Part shown: in pieces, positions 12,001 to 24,333 of the stretch
Numbering within the stretch: the stretch's first letter is position 1
Layout: every line of letters begins with the position of its first letter
Assembly: GCA_004431415.1 (NCBI GenBank)
Contig: QPMI01000039.1
Span: 372,001 to 436,000, forward strand
From: Cyanophora paradoxa CCMP329
Lineage: Eukaryota > Plantae > Glaucophyta
DNA: 64,000 nt
Direction: 5' to 3'
Position numbers and translations under genes: made by a program
Notes under the pieces: generated by a model
The model's database searches: none
What the model was told of the DNA's origin: nothing
What the model saw: the letters and a program-made list of their open reading frames with translations, nothing else

Positions 12001-15000
12001 CGGATTTAGCAGCTCCGCATACGACTGCAAGATTCTCGTACGCTTGCAGAATCTTGCAATTGGCCAATGCAAGCTAATTCACAAGTGCAGAGAAACCTGG
12101 TCATCGGAGCGACTTTCGCGCCGACTTCGCTGCAAGACAACCGGATAATGCCAGCGGGTTTCTACCTCACTGGGACGAACCCCGGTGAGTTCCGCTGGAA
12201 CGTCGTCGCCGGAGCCCAGCGAGTCGGCTTCCGACTTGGAGGCTCCGACTGTGAGCGCGCCAGGTACACCATGAGCAACAATACGGGTGAGCGAATACCA
12301 TGTAGTCTTTTCCTCTTACGTTTGACTGATCGCCGGCGTCGGAATTCGCGATTGTGTGGCGTTAGCGCACTCTACGATGATAGGTGTACTGGTCGACACG
12401 GGCTCTGGATGCTCCGCACTTACAGATGTCCTTGTCTACAAAAACTGGTACGCGGCGCGTGTACCGCAGGCGCCGCTGTTTTGTTTCTAACCCGAGCATC
12501 GTCTGCGGCGGTGAAGGGACTACGGTCTGTACATCACATCGGACAGGGTGCGATCGCAAACGTTTACATCGTTTATAGATTACGCGCGTTCGTACACGTA
12601 TGTTGAGTCTTACACCATTTGCAGTCTTCCTTTTTTGGCGCCATTCAACTTGAGCGCGTTGTAGCGGTAGACAACAAAGTGGGCGTTTACGCCAACGTGA
12701 GCCATCTCTGCTATGCATACGCTGCAGACATAGTTGCTGGCCATATGCATGGCGTTGTTGAAAACTGATCATGACACTTCTTTGCAGCTCAACTTCAAAT
12801 CAGAAATGTCCTACTCCTTTGGCGAAAAGTTCACGATCGCAGACAGCATCATTGTCGGCAACTCTCCAGCCCGCGATTGCGCCCGCACTCCGCCCGCCGA
12901 TCATCCACTTTCCCGCACCTGGAACCGTCCCACCGGTGCGTCGCAGAGGATGATTGCATTATTAAACAAGATATATATACAAATTGCCCATGCAGTTGGC
13001 ATGGTTCTGGCTTCCTTTACGGAGAACTTGAACAACGGGAGGGAGAATTGGCCGTCGGGTATGAAACGTAGCTATAGAATGAATCTCCAGTGGCAACCTA
13101 ACATTGTCCGTAGGGACCGTCCTCGACCCTCCGGCGACGCTTGGCTGGGTGACCGTGAACGGACTTCTCCTTGCGGAGTTCGGCACCACCGGCAGCTGCG
13201 GGTCCGTGCTGATTCACTGCTGAATTCGCGCCTTCTCTAGATTTCGCTTAAGCTGGATTGTCACTCATTGCGCCGGCCCCAGCACTGGCATCGAGAATTA
13301 CGCCATCGCGTCGAACGCTAACAGCCTCAGTCGATGCGTGCATCATCAATTCTCTCGCGTCGAGCTTTCCAACGTGAACCGTGACACCAACCTGTTTTAT
13401 TTCCCTGCGCCTCCAGCCGACGCCCGCGTGCGCGAGAGTGCGTATCCAATTTGTTTTTACGCACGCGGGCATGGTTGCGCTCTGCTAGCGCTGAAGTGCG
13501 TCATCGCAGAATGCGGTGCCCTAGAGTGCGATGGTCCCAAAAAATGCTTCCTGTATGACGTGGATGGCTCTCTGACCCTGTCGGCGGGCTCGGCTGTGAT
13601 CCCCTCTCACGTTCATGATGCATCGTTGGACTGAAGTGTCAATCTTTCTCTTTACGCAGATTCCCTGGCTTAAGAGCAAGGCCGCCCCCACTACACGTGG
13701 CGTGGATACCACTGGCTGCGTGGCGAAAGCGGCAAGCAACGCTCTCTTCTGCCCCGCCTCCACAAAGATGCAGCTCGTCCATTTCGCGTCTCTCGACCAG
13801 GATGTGTACTCTCGCCGCCTCGGGCCTATGGCGCTGTACAGCAACGGAGCACTTGACATCATCAACGGTCCAGCATCACACGGCCCTTGCCCAACGCAGT
13901 CGAACTGCTTCCTGCGTTCGTCATTCAACTACTGGGGATTTGTCCGGTCCGGCTTGAACGGCTTCGTCGGCGTGACTTTCAACGCGTCGATGCCGGAGAC
14001 TCTCGCTTTCGAAATGCCCACCGGATCTAAGAGCGACGCAATCGGTGCGACTCGAAGAATACACCTGCGTAGGCTTCATATGCACCTAATGAACTTCTGC
14101 AGTCCTCGAGATCGACTACAATCGCGGAGATCGGTATGAGGTTGGGACTTTCAATAAGAAGACGAACCGCCTGTCGTGGAACGACCAACCTTCGGAGACG
14201 ATGCCGACGGCGGATAACGCCACTGGGACGTTCAGATTCGAAATCACGTCTTCCAGCAATTTCCTCAGCAGGCGCGTGTGGGTCACTCTCCGCGGAGGTA
14301 TCGAAGACCAGATTCGGATCAAAATTGTGCGTCTGCGGCTTTTGCATCTGATCATGAGCACATGCCGTTCGAAATCTCCTGTGCAGATTCCGGTCGTTAA
14401 AGTGAAGTTCGTGTGCCCTTACATTGCCGAGGAAAAGGCTCTCGATGGTATGCAAATGACAATTTAATTTCGAAGGTCTGCCGCATTTCGAGTTCGAACA
14501 CATATTTGCAGACACTACGGCGGCGTTCGTGGCATTCCTCGCGAGTCGGCTCGGTCTTAATCCGGCGCGAATTCGCGTGGCTAACGTCGTGCGGGGCTCG
14601 AACCGTCGCCACCTGCTCAAGGGCGATGGACAGACCGAGATCGAAATCCACATCCTTCCTCCCAAGTGCGCACGCCCAGAAGCCTAATATTCATTAAACG
14701 TCCGGCACGGGCGTGTGGGTTTGCACGTGCACTAGTTCTAAATCTGACGCGCCCTGGATGCCGGCAGTGCGCCGTCGGTGCTGAAAGCCCTTAACGCGGA
14801 GAAGAACACGACGGAGGACAACTCGACGGACAGCAGCGGCACAGCCTCCGGCGGTGACGGCTTCAACAACTCCACCGAGACTGTCGCTTCCGAGCAGGAG
14901 AACTTCAACAGCCTCGTCGATTTGAACGCCCAAATCCAGGAGCTGACCAAGAACGCGTCTTTCGTCGAGGAGATCGGCAAGGCCGCGAACATTACCGTTC

Positions 15001-16775
15001 TTTCCATGAACGTGTCCAAGTCTGAGCCGCCGCCCTCTCTGCAAGCGATCGAAGAGCCCGTCGTGACAAACCAAACGGGGCTCGATGCATCCCAGCGAGC
15101 AACCGTGACTGCGTACATAAACGCGCTCCGCTCGAGGCACCAGGCCGGCGACCTGGTATACGACTTGGCCATAGCGTCCTCCGCGCAGAGCTGGGCCCAG
15201 CGCCTCGCGAGCTCGGGCGCTTTGGCACACAGTAATTCAACGTACGGCGAGGTTCGCCCTTTCTGAATTATTGGATTGCAGCTTCGTGAATTAAAGCGCT
15301 TGTGACCGCTGGCTCACTAATATAATCTCATGATCGTCGCGTGTGCAGAACCTGTACAGTCGGTCAGGCGGCAGCACCGATGTCGTCGATGCGGCGAAGG
15401 CCGCGGCATACGCCTGGTACAGTGAGAAGGCCGCGTACAATTTCACGTTCCCCGCGAACTCGACCGGCGCCACCGGCCACTTCACCTGCCTTGTGTGGAA
15501 AGCAAGCGCGAAGTTCGGGATCGGAGTTGCGGTCAACGGAACCGACGTCTACGTTGTTTTCCAGAGCGACGGCAGTCCGCAGTGCAACATGCAGGGGGCG
15601 TACGAGACGAACGTCCTTCCGGAGCTGGCCGCGACGCCCTCGCCGAGCCCTTCGCCGAGCCCTTCGCCGAGCCCGAGCCCGTCGCCCAGCCCCTCGCCCA
15701 GCCCCTCGAATTCGCCGAGCCCTTCACCCGGCCCTTCGCTCGGCCCCTCTCCAACGACCATGGCTCAGCCCGACGCCGCTGTCACGGAATCGCCCAGCCC
15801 CTCGCCGATGGAGATTTCGACCCCGAGCCCGTCCCCCACCAACAATCCATCGGCGACTGCAAACCCGACCCCAACTCTCGCGGCAAGCCCTTCGCCAAGC
15901 GCCAGCGCTCAACCGAACATCGCCCCCTCGCCAACGCCACAGCCCGCCGACGTGGCATCGTTCACGATCACGATGCAGGCGCAGTCGCGCCCTGAATGCG
16001 AGGGATTCGTCGCAAACTTGACCAGTGACGCGATATCATCTTCTATGAGCGCAGCCGACGGCAGCTACAAAGCGTATTTGAAGGGTCCGTAACGCTTAGA
16101 TCTGTGGTTTTCTTCGCTGCATTTGGGTGTGCTCAACCGTGAGCAGGAAAGCGCTGCGGCGGATCTGGCCGTGCCTTGAGGCAAGGGACTGTGCCAATTC
16201 TCGTTGACGTCGGCATCATCCAGCTGATCACGGGCTCGACCGCCACCACGCCCGCTGCCTTCATTCAAGCTCTGCAGCAGAAGATCAGCAGCGGCACGCT
16301 CGTGATCGGCGGGAAGCAGGTCACCTCTATCTCCGACGTGGTCATAAGCGACAAGCCGGCATCCAATCCCGCGGGAGCGACCCCCGCGCCCCAGGCCACG
16401 GGCAGCGCTCCGAACAGCATGCCCATCATAGTCGGCGTCTGTGTTGGGATCGGAGGAGGCGCGTTGATTCTCGCTGGCGCGGCGCTCCTGCTATCTAAGC
16501 AGCGGCGTGGCCGCGCACGGGCGATTGCCATGAACGGGGATAAGCGCGGCGAGGATCGCGATCGCAGCGACGAGTATCTGGGCGGTGATCGCTACGCGCA
16601 AGGGGTTCCGGCACCGAAGTCGATCAAGATCGTGCCGAGCAGCCTGGTTACGACGTCAGCAGCACATGACGGCGCCGGAGCAACAGAGGGGAATCTGGGG
16701 CCCCGCCCCAGCGCCAATGCGGCCCGGCGCCGCAGCAGCGTTGGCAACGTTCACGTGCTCGTCGTCCCCACTTAG
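1..16775 (+). CDS. PKHD1L1: Fibrocystin-L/PKHD1L1-like giant single-pass surface protein, multi-exon, 5' end outside window; IPT/TIG repeats, two G8 domains, PbH1 beta-helix, two CAP domains, (SP)n stalk, TM
   Basis: Spliced exons give WHYTCIDID; repeated TIG motifs (PSITGVSPASGATGALVTISGTNF, PQITSVRPRRGSTAGGTLLT); G8 motifs (DLWSRRTTWGG...IGTEEKPF...LTLYG; WSDPASWPNGQKP); DFRAEV...TRNIRIQG and DMHAEVAVISRNVV; C-terminal TM (IIVGVCVGIGGGALILAGAALLL); stop at 16773-16775. Short GT-AG introns throughout. Symbol indicates family-level homology only. Confidence 0.88.
1880..2760 (+). other. CAP/SCP/PR-1 domain 1 (within the fibrocystin-like gene)
   Basis: Spliced: IAYINELRDLHSAPPVVWDDTLA..WAQFWSEKMAADNNFEHSG..GENLAM..AWWNE..YDFSNPGFSYGTGHFT|CVVWKNNKKVGLG..VYVTWESQPPCN|YDGQFADQV; intron 2395-2459 splits the Thr codon. 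Confidence 0.9.
6605..7260 (+). other. G8 domain 1
   Basis: LWSRRTTWGG..P; LRLLLIEG..VIFDD..IMLRGDNAKLIIGTEEKPFKHKVNLTLYG..YGAKVLAQRGGLIDIHG. Confidence 0.85.
10786..11330 (+). other. G8 domain 2
   Basis: WSDPASWPNGQKPTAGSNVVIGPG..DESTPPLGVVTV..GWLTF..LTATRIVV..FSVGNSTSPFPGAAEIVL..KGDFEIYGKP..SWT. Confidence 0.8.
15085..15620 (+). other. CAP/SCP/PR-1 domain 2 (membrane-proximal)
   Basis: VTAYINALRSRHQAGDLVYDLAIASSAQSWAQRL..LAHSNSTYGE|NLY..AWYSEKAAYNF..TGHFTCLVWKASAKFGIG..VYVVFQSDGSPQCNMQGAYETNVLP. Confidence 0.9.
15634..15750 (+). repeat. (Ser-Pro)n coding repeat, HRGP/extensin-like stalk
   Basis: Tandem ccctcg/ccgagc hexamers encoding TPSPSPSPSPSPSPSPSPSPSPSPSNSPSPSPGPS directly after CAP domain 2. 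Confidence 0.9.
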
Positions 16776-19122
16776 TCGTTTGTAACGGCGATCAGCGACA
16801 TCATGCTTCTCTTTTTGATTCAAGATTAGTGTGACCATATAAACAATCGTGAGAGAGACAATTCACATGTAGCCTGCAGTGTAGGACTTATATAATTAGA
16901 TGAATCAGTGGTGTTTTAGTCCATATCCGATCCGATTTTGCTAGGTGACTCCCACAGACCGCGATCGGCCTGACATCGATATGAGCCAGAAGTCATCGTT
17001 GTCGAGCATTAGAAATCAAATCTGATGTAGAGGTCGCAATGCTACCTTGCTCGAGATAGGCATCACAATCGCATGATTTTGGTAGTTCTTATGTCTGCAG
17101 ATGTTCTGCAACTTTTACACACAGCTAGTTGAATCCAACCGTGCCCATATACACAGCTAAACGATGTCCGCGCGAGTTAGTTAGAAAGCGATTCTTTTTT
17201 CGGTTTGACAAGTCGCTCTATTTTATGGCCCAGCGTACTGGCTGTTTATTTGCGCCTGCCTATGAGAATCGTATGCGAGCACTGCAGGAAATTATTTCGT
17301 AGCTATATATAGATGACCACACGATTTATGGACATGTTCGGCCGCGGTTTACTGCGCGGCAGATTCCGCCATACGTGCTTAGGTCCTATATCATAGTTGC
17401 TATATTATAATTGGCATAATTAGCAATAGTTTTCGTAAAGCCGCGCACTAGTAATCTGCAGGCGCGTTTAAATAACTTCGGATCGGTTTAACTATGTAAC
17501 CTTAGAAATTCTACGTTCTTCGAATTCATTAATCAGAAGCTTGTTGCTTTCGCGAAAGTAAAGTAGATGAACGTCGTTTGCAGTATATATATACGTAGAC
17601 CAGCTTTAGTGAAAACACCAACGAATAGTAAAGTTACACATTGGACGCGAGGCCGGGCGGAGGTGTCAGAAGGGCCCACGTGCACATGCATGATTGACGC
17701 CGTGACGTTGCGATCTCAATGTTAACGATGTCTCAGAAAGTAAGTGGGGTGGAGAGGGAGCGGGGGAGGACCGGAGGCGTGGGGTGTGGGTGGACCGAGG
17801 ATTGGGCCGGGGGCGACTCAGGTCAGCGCTAGCAGCGCTTGCGGTGCCGCCCCGGTGCTTATTCTTGTACATGTCGGATGCCGTGTCGAAGTTCCTGTCG
17901 CCCCACGTGCACTTGCACCGGCCGATCCTGCTCCCCACATCTCCCAGCGACTCGCCAACCTGGCCGCCGCCCCCCCCCCCCCCACCCCCCCCCACCCACC
18001 CCCCCCACCCCCCCACCCCCCACCCCACCCCCCCACCCCACCCCGACGCACCCGGCTTTACCCCCATTGTGGAAGTGCCGGCTCCTTTCCCGCAGGTGGT
18101 AGCTCTAGATCTAACAGGCAAGTTGAATTTGTAGATATGACGTCGACGTCGACGGCAGGCGCACCGCCGGCGCCGGCCGCGGCCGCGATCGCGAGGGCCA
18201 TATGCATATGCATATGGATGTACATGCGCGCGTGCAGGCGGTTCCTGCGTAGGACTTTGATACCTCAGGCCTGTGCCGTGGTGTATCAATGCGACTCCCA
18301 GTTTTGCAAAAAAGCGTGCAGGCGGTTCCTGCTAAAGGCGACTGCCCCGGCCCCCGGGCCCCGGGGGCAGAAGCCGCGGGTGGGCCATGGGGGTCTGACA
18401 TCGATGTCGGTGGTGGCGGTGTCAGCGCTGGCAGGGGCTGCGGGGTGGCGCCGTGGGCGGGGGTATACGTATTCACGTTGAGGACCGTAGGCGGGGAGTG
18501 GGGGGCGGCGGGGGCCGTTGGCGGGGAGGGCCGAGGGGGGGGAGGGGGGCAAGCTGAACGGCCGCCGGTAGGCGTATACTTAGGCACAGCGGGGGATGCG
18601 GGCGGGGACGGTGGCAGCGGCGGGAGTTGCGGTCGGGGGAGATGATCAGATCATGAAGGCAGTCGCGAGGGCCTAGGGCCGCAGGGGCGCCGATTGCAAG
18701 GGGCCATAGGGGGCAGGCTCAGCCAGGGGCCGGCTTGCCAACAGGTTTAGCCTGCTGTGAGCTCTAACATGTAACCATTCGCAGGGCCATGTGTCTAGAG
18801 ACTGTGGCCGGTAATTCACCAAAAAAAAACCATTCGCAGGCAGGTAATTATAAAGGCGTTAATATTAATATTGGAAGTGAGATCTAGAGCCGCGAGCGGC
18901 CGCGGCCGGCAATATTTAATGCTCTCGATCAATCCGCAAGCGGACGATCGCGAGCACGAGCGACTTCGAGGAGACGATCGCGAGAACCGAGCTCGAGGGC
19001 CGCCGTGGTTCGGCACGGGCCGGTGACAGTACGAGTGAGCTCGAGGGCCGCCGGCGAGGTCGTGCTAAGGATCCCGGACATGCCTCAGTTGATTTGCAAG
19101 ATGTAAACTTTTAAGTAATTTA

Positions 19123-22100
19123 CTATAAATTTGGCGCTGATTGTAAATTAAGCACGTGTACCTTAGCAGAGAGCTCGAGCATGTGCGGATGGTTGCCAAG
19201 TACGACGATGCATAACTGTTCTGGTATCGATGGCGATGATGAGGTGCAAGCTAGTGCGCACGCCGCGCACACAGCGGTGCTCGGAAGAACCTCCATGTGC
19301 GATAAAATTAATTTGAAATGGACAATCATTGAATCAAGTTAAGGTCGAGCGTATCTACAACTAAAGCGAATGCAGGTACTGTACGTGTGAAGTCGTAAAT
19401 GTAAACTTGAAAGCGAATGCATATGCAGACACCGCTGCCATGGCAGCTAGTTCCGCAAATTTTGAAAGAAAAGTAGGGCAGCAGGACGGGCAGATATCAA
19501 GAAGACATTAAAGCCGAAAAATACCTGAAATATCGATATCGCACGAGCTCAAGCTATAGCTAAGCTCCAGAGATGAGATGAGTTCGAAACACTATTAACT
19601 ATAAGTTATAGCTATAGCAGGCCCGGCCGTGCCGTGAACTCGAAGGAGTTGTGGCGCAGCTTCAGAAGACGGTCCATGCGGTTGTGGAGGGCCCGGCGGC
19701 AGAGCGACACGGGCGACTTGAGCTCGAGATCGTTCAGGCTTGCGGTCTTGGCGGTCGAGATCGGCCTGCTTGGTGCGGGCTCCGCACCCGCACGCGCCGG
19801 CGCCGGCGGCGCCGGCGCCTGGGCGTGCGCGTGCACGTGGGACGACGCCGAAGACGGTTTGGCAATTGAGAGAGCTGCAGCGCTAACCGCGCGCAGCTTT
19901 ACATCTGCGAGAACCGAACGAAAATAGAAATCAGAATCGAGCCATGGCCAGAAAATCAAATGTTGAGTCGCGTAAGGCTTCTCACCAGAGCAAGACGGCG
20001 GAGCGGCGGCGGGAGCAGCGCAGCGGAGGCGAGCCCCGCGCGCGTACGCCATATCAAAGAGGACGGCCATGGCGTTCTGGGGCAAGCACGCGCCGACCGC
20101 CACCTCCCTCCATGGGCGCAGAGCGGGGCCGGGGGCGGGGACGGGGCCCGCAGGGGTTGCGATTTCCGTCGCATGCCTCGGGGTCTTCGAGGAGTCCGTC
20201 GCGAACGAAGAGGTCTCCAACGCAATCTGAGTTCAAGCGTCAGCTGATGGCCAACAGCACGTGAAGGACGTCGACCATGAGCTGCAGCTGCAGTGCAAAA
20301 TGGGCACCTTGGCTAAACACGCGAGGAAGACCGCCTCCAGGCTGCCGTCGGCTGCGACGTCCGACTCGAGCGCGAGCAGGCGCATTGCCGTCGCGAGCTC
20401 GGGCGTCTTCTGCAGCACTCCGGCTGCCCACGACTTCGCGATGCGCGCCAGCGCGTCCTGGAACGACTGCTTCGTCATGAACGCAGTGCTGTTCGCGTCA
20501 ACCGCGAAGTTGTCGCGGGCGAGTAGCTGGCCATCCCGCAGCGTCCAGGGCTGCTTGGCGCCAGGGTGGCTCAAGCTCCTGTGCAGACTCAGGTGGAAAG
20601 CCTGCACGACCGTAGAAGTCAGCGAAAATTGATGGATACATATACTATGATAGCTAGCATGCGCACTGCGGCAGGGTAAATATTCAATGATCATGAGATC
20701 TATCTGATTAATAAAAATTCCACGACTCGAGACTTATGAACGGTTCTATATCGATTTGTATTGTGTTCTATTTGCGACCGGAAGACCTCACCTCGTAGCC
20801 AGCGTACTCGACAAAGCCGTCGGGATCGCTGCCACGCCGCGATCTAAACGTGCTTGCGTTCAGGCGCTCCAGTCTCGAGCTCCCTCCGACCCTCGAAATC
20901 GACCGCAGAAGCGCTATGCCGACGGGCGATGCATATGACGACGCTCCGTTGACTGCCTGCATCGCAGCCCAGAGCTGAGCGCCGCATGGTCAGCGATGGC
21001 ATATTCTACAAGAAACGATAGTATCATGAAAGCGAATCACGTAAGCGAACCACGCTGGTGACGTCGTGATCCTTGCGCATCTGAGAATCCGCTCCGAGCG
21101 CTTCGGACTGCAGCTCGCCAGGGCAGCTGACCGAGCTCGAGGGAGCGCAGCTGTCGAGCTTGAAAGCGGCGACGTCGGGGACACTGCAAGCGCTCGCGAT
21201 CGAGCCGTGACTAGTACTTGAAATCGGGCTGCTCGGGCAGACGGGCCGCGAGTGCAGCTTGCCTTGGCCAGTGTGGCCGCCCACGTGCAGGGCCGCCCGC
21301 AACGGCGAGGCCGGCGGCGACGTTGCCCGCGACGAAGGCGAGGATGACGCGGGCGTCAAGCTCCCCATCGAGGCGACCTCCGAATCCAGCTCCCCGTCGC
21401 GATCGCGGTCGCTGCAGCTGTCGCTGTACGTGTACGCCTCCAAATCTGGATCGTCGGCAGAGATGGTGATGTGCATCGACTCCGCGACTTGTTCGCGACC
21501 GCTCTGCAGCTGCAGGCGGACAGCGCGTTAAATCAAATAGACCAAATAGCAAATGCAGCTGCTCGCAGTTGCGTCTCTAGATCTTCAGGCTTCTTGTACA
21601 ATGAGCAGTGCTATGCGGTACCGGTAGCCATATGCACGGAGCTTAAGGAAAGGACCCGGGCCTAGAACAGTGATCATGACATGTCGCAATGCCGTAATGG
21701 GCGCACCAAAGGGGGCAGTGTTTTGCTCGGCATTGCAGTCTTGCATCTGCGCTGTGTCGGCTCATGATCATCTGCGCGAGCACGTGTGCATATACATGTC
21801 TCAAAAACCCAAGGTCCAACAGGATCGGATCACGAGAAAGCGAACCTTTACTTAAGTTATTACTAAGCGACATTGCATATATTGTCAAACTCGCGAGCTC
21901 GAGGTTCGAAATTGAGATCGCTTCCAAGCTGCGCGTGTATATAAATACGCGCGCTCGCGTTCAGATCATTCGAAATGTCGAAAATATGCATATGCGTGCT
22001 GAATTTCGAATGTACAAACGCACCTCATCGCTAACGACGTATTTCGCGGCGACAATGTCAAGGCCTGGCCATGGGGAAGTTCCAGTGAAGACGTCGACGC

Positions 22101-22150
22101 TGTACGTGTACATGTGCTCATGTGTACCGGAGACATCACCGAGTTGCAGC
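19123..22150 (-). pseudogene. Probable decayed multi-exon gene of unknown family
   Basis: Protein-like segments (QSFQDALARIAKSWAAGVLQKTPELATAMRLLALE; LMVDVLHVLLAIS*RLNSDCVGDLF; WREVAVGACLPQNAMAVLFDMAY) join only via frame changes near 20290 and 20130 and an in-frame TGA at 20240-20242. No recognisable domain. Confidence 0.33.
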
Positions 22151-22825
22151 ACTAGCTAGCCTCAGCAGATATGTAGAAGCCTAGCCTAGTAGAGCTGCTG
22201 GTACCGGTGAGCGCGGATTCGCGTAATTCGGAAGGCGCGTTGCCACAGGTGGGCGAGAACTCGCAAGGTTGCCAGCTGCTGGTGGTCGTGATTGCACTTG
22301 AAGCTTGCCGCTGGGCGCGATTAATATTGCTGCTGCCGTAGTACTAGTGCGTCCGACGGTCCCGTTCAGCGCGTAAACGTAGCTCATGCCATATGCATGA
22401 TGATCCGATCAGCGGCTGCGCAGTGCGCATCACGCGCGCGGCTTCACCCCGCGACTCACCGAGTCATGATCATGCATATGCACATCACGCGGCCTGCCGC
22501 ATCATGGCATGCGCATCCGACATGCACATGGTGCATGGCTACTAGGGGCTATAACCAAATTAGTCTACATATATAATTAGGCGATCTAGTGACGCGCGCA
22601 CCGTGAGTCTGTGAGACTGTGACACGTGCCCGCCCGGCCCCGCGGGCCGCCGGCGGGCCGCCGCTGCTTGCCGCAGTGCGGGCAACTTGGCAAGTTGCGG
22701 CCCGCCAGTACGTACTACGTATACGGTATACCTACTACGGTATAACGGCCCCTTACTAAAAGTTATTAACGGGTGCACGGCTGCACGCGTACTACGGTAC
22801 GTGGCCACGGTGCGGCACTAGTGTA

Positions 22826-23058
22826 CTGTAGGAATGCTTAAATTGCCGCGTAGTTAAATTGCCGAATTCGACCAAAACCGGAATTGCCGTGACGATAGAT
22901 TGCCGAAACTCTGGATTTCTTCTATGGCGCCATACAAAAGCGGCCGTTTAGCCCTACCCCCTGAGAATTGCCGTGGCTTAAAATTGCCGAATTCGGCCTC
23001 TCGGCAATATACCGTAGTACGGCAATTTAAAACATCGGCTAAAAAAGCATTCCTACAG
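22826..23058. mobile_element. MITE family A (233 bp), Tc1/mariner-pogo type, TA TSD
   Basis: TA|CTGTAGGAATGCTT ... AAGCATTCCTACAG|TA; 14-bp perfect TIR; internal ATTGCCG repeats. Confidence 0.88.
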
Positions 23059-23714
23059 TACTGTCACAGCCTGGCAGTGTGCATGTGGAACTTAAGCTTC
23101 GAGTCCAGTGTCGAGTCCGGACCGTGGAGACTGTGGAGTCACTGTGGACTCTGGGCACCGCCGCACCGGCCGCGGCCCGGGATCGGATCCGATCCGGTCC
23201 GGATCATACCGATATACTAGTATTTTCAACTCATCAGTGACTGGCCCCCCGGTGGGCACTGGGCACCTCCTGCCACTGTCTGCCAGGCAACTGGCTCGTC
23301 ACTGACCGTCGGACTCGCGAACACAGACAATTGCAAAAAGAACTTGCAAGCATGACTCAGGATCGGATCCGATCCGGTCCGGATCAAATTTTTTCCACTG
23401 GCCCCCCACTGCCAGGTGACTGGCCCGTCACCGAACGTCGGACTGGGAAAGGCTACACGGGGCGTAAGTTGCCGCAGTGCCGCGTAACCGGTTTAAGCTC
23501 ACAGCGAGCCGCAACAGTTCCGAGGGCCCGGCGAGGGGGCCCCGGCCCCCGCCCCCAGCCCCCGCCCCCCCCCCCCCCCCCCCCCCCCCCCAACCGCTGT
23601 GATCCGCTTTCACAGCAGGGAACCGGTTGGGCCTTCCGGAGGCATCCGCAGGAGTTAACGGGTGCACGGCTGCACGCGTACTACGGTACGTGGCCACGGT
23701 GCGGCACTAGTGTA

Positions 23715-23947
23715 CTGTAGGAATGCTTAAATTGCCGCGTAGTTAAATTGCCGAATTCGACCAAAACCGGAATTGCCGTGACGATAGATTGCCGAAACTC
23801 TGGATTTCTTCTATGGCGCCATACAAAAGCGGCCGTTTAGCCCTACCCCCTGAGAATTGCCGTGGCTTAAAATTGCCGAATTCGGCCTCTCGGCAATATA
23901 CCGTAGTACGGCAATTTAAAACATCGGCTAAAAAAGCATTCCTACAG
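23715..23947. mobile_element. MITE family A, second copy (carried by the tandem duplication)
   Basis: Same sequence as 22826-23058 at +889 with the same flanks. Confidence 0.88.
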
Positions 23948-24333
23948 TACTGTCACAGCCTGGCAGTGTGCATGTGGAACTTAAGCTTCGAGTCCAGTGT
24001 CGAGTCCGGACCGTGGAGACTGTGGAGTCACTGTGGACTCTGGGCACCGCCGCACCGGCCGCGGCCCGGGATCGGATCCGATCCGGTCCGGATCATACCG
24101 ATATACTAGTATTTTCAACTCATCAGTGACTGGCCCCCCGGTGGGCACTGGGCACCTCCTGCCACTGTCTGCCAGGCAACTGGCTCGTCACTGACCGTCG
24201 GACTCGCGAACACAGACAATTGCAAAAAGAACTTGCAAGCATGACTCAGGATCGGATCCGATCCGGTCCGGATCAAATTTTTTCCACTGGCCCCCCACTG
24301 CCAGGTGACTGGCCCGTCACGGAACGTCGGACT

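Noticed and set aside
22540-22760. Possible TIR element AGGGGC...GCCCCT
   Set aside because: Only about 6 bp of inverted match and no convincing TSD.
22900-24109. Two identical 106-aa ORFs (MPKLWISS...) suggesting a duplicated gene
   Set aside because: They start at TTG inside MITE A and run across its TIR; identity comes from the 889-bp duplication.
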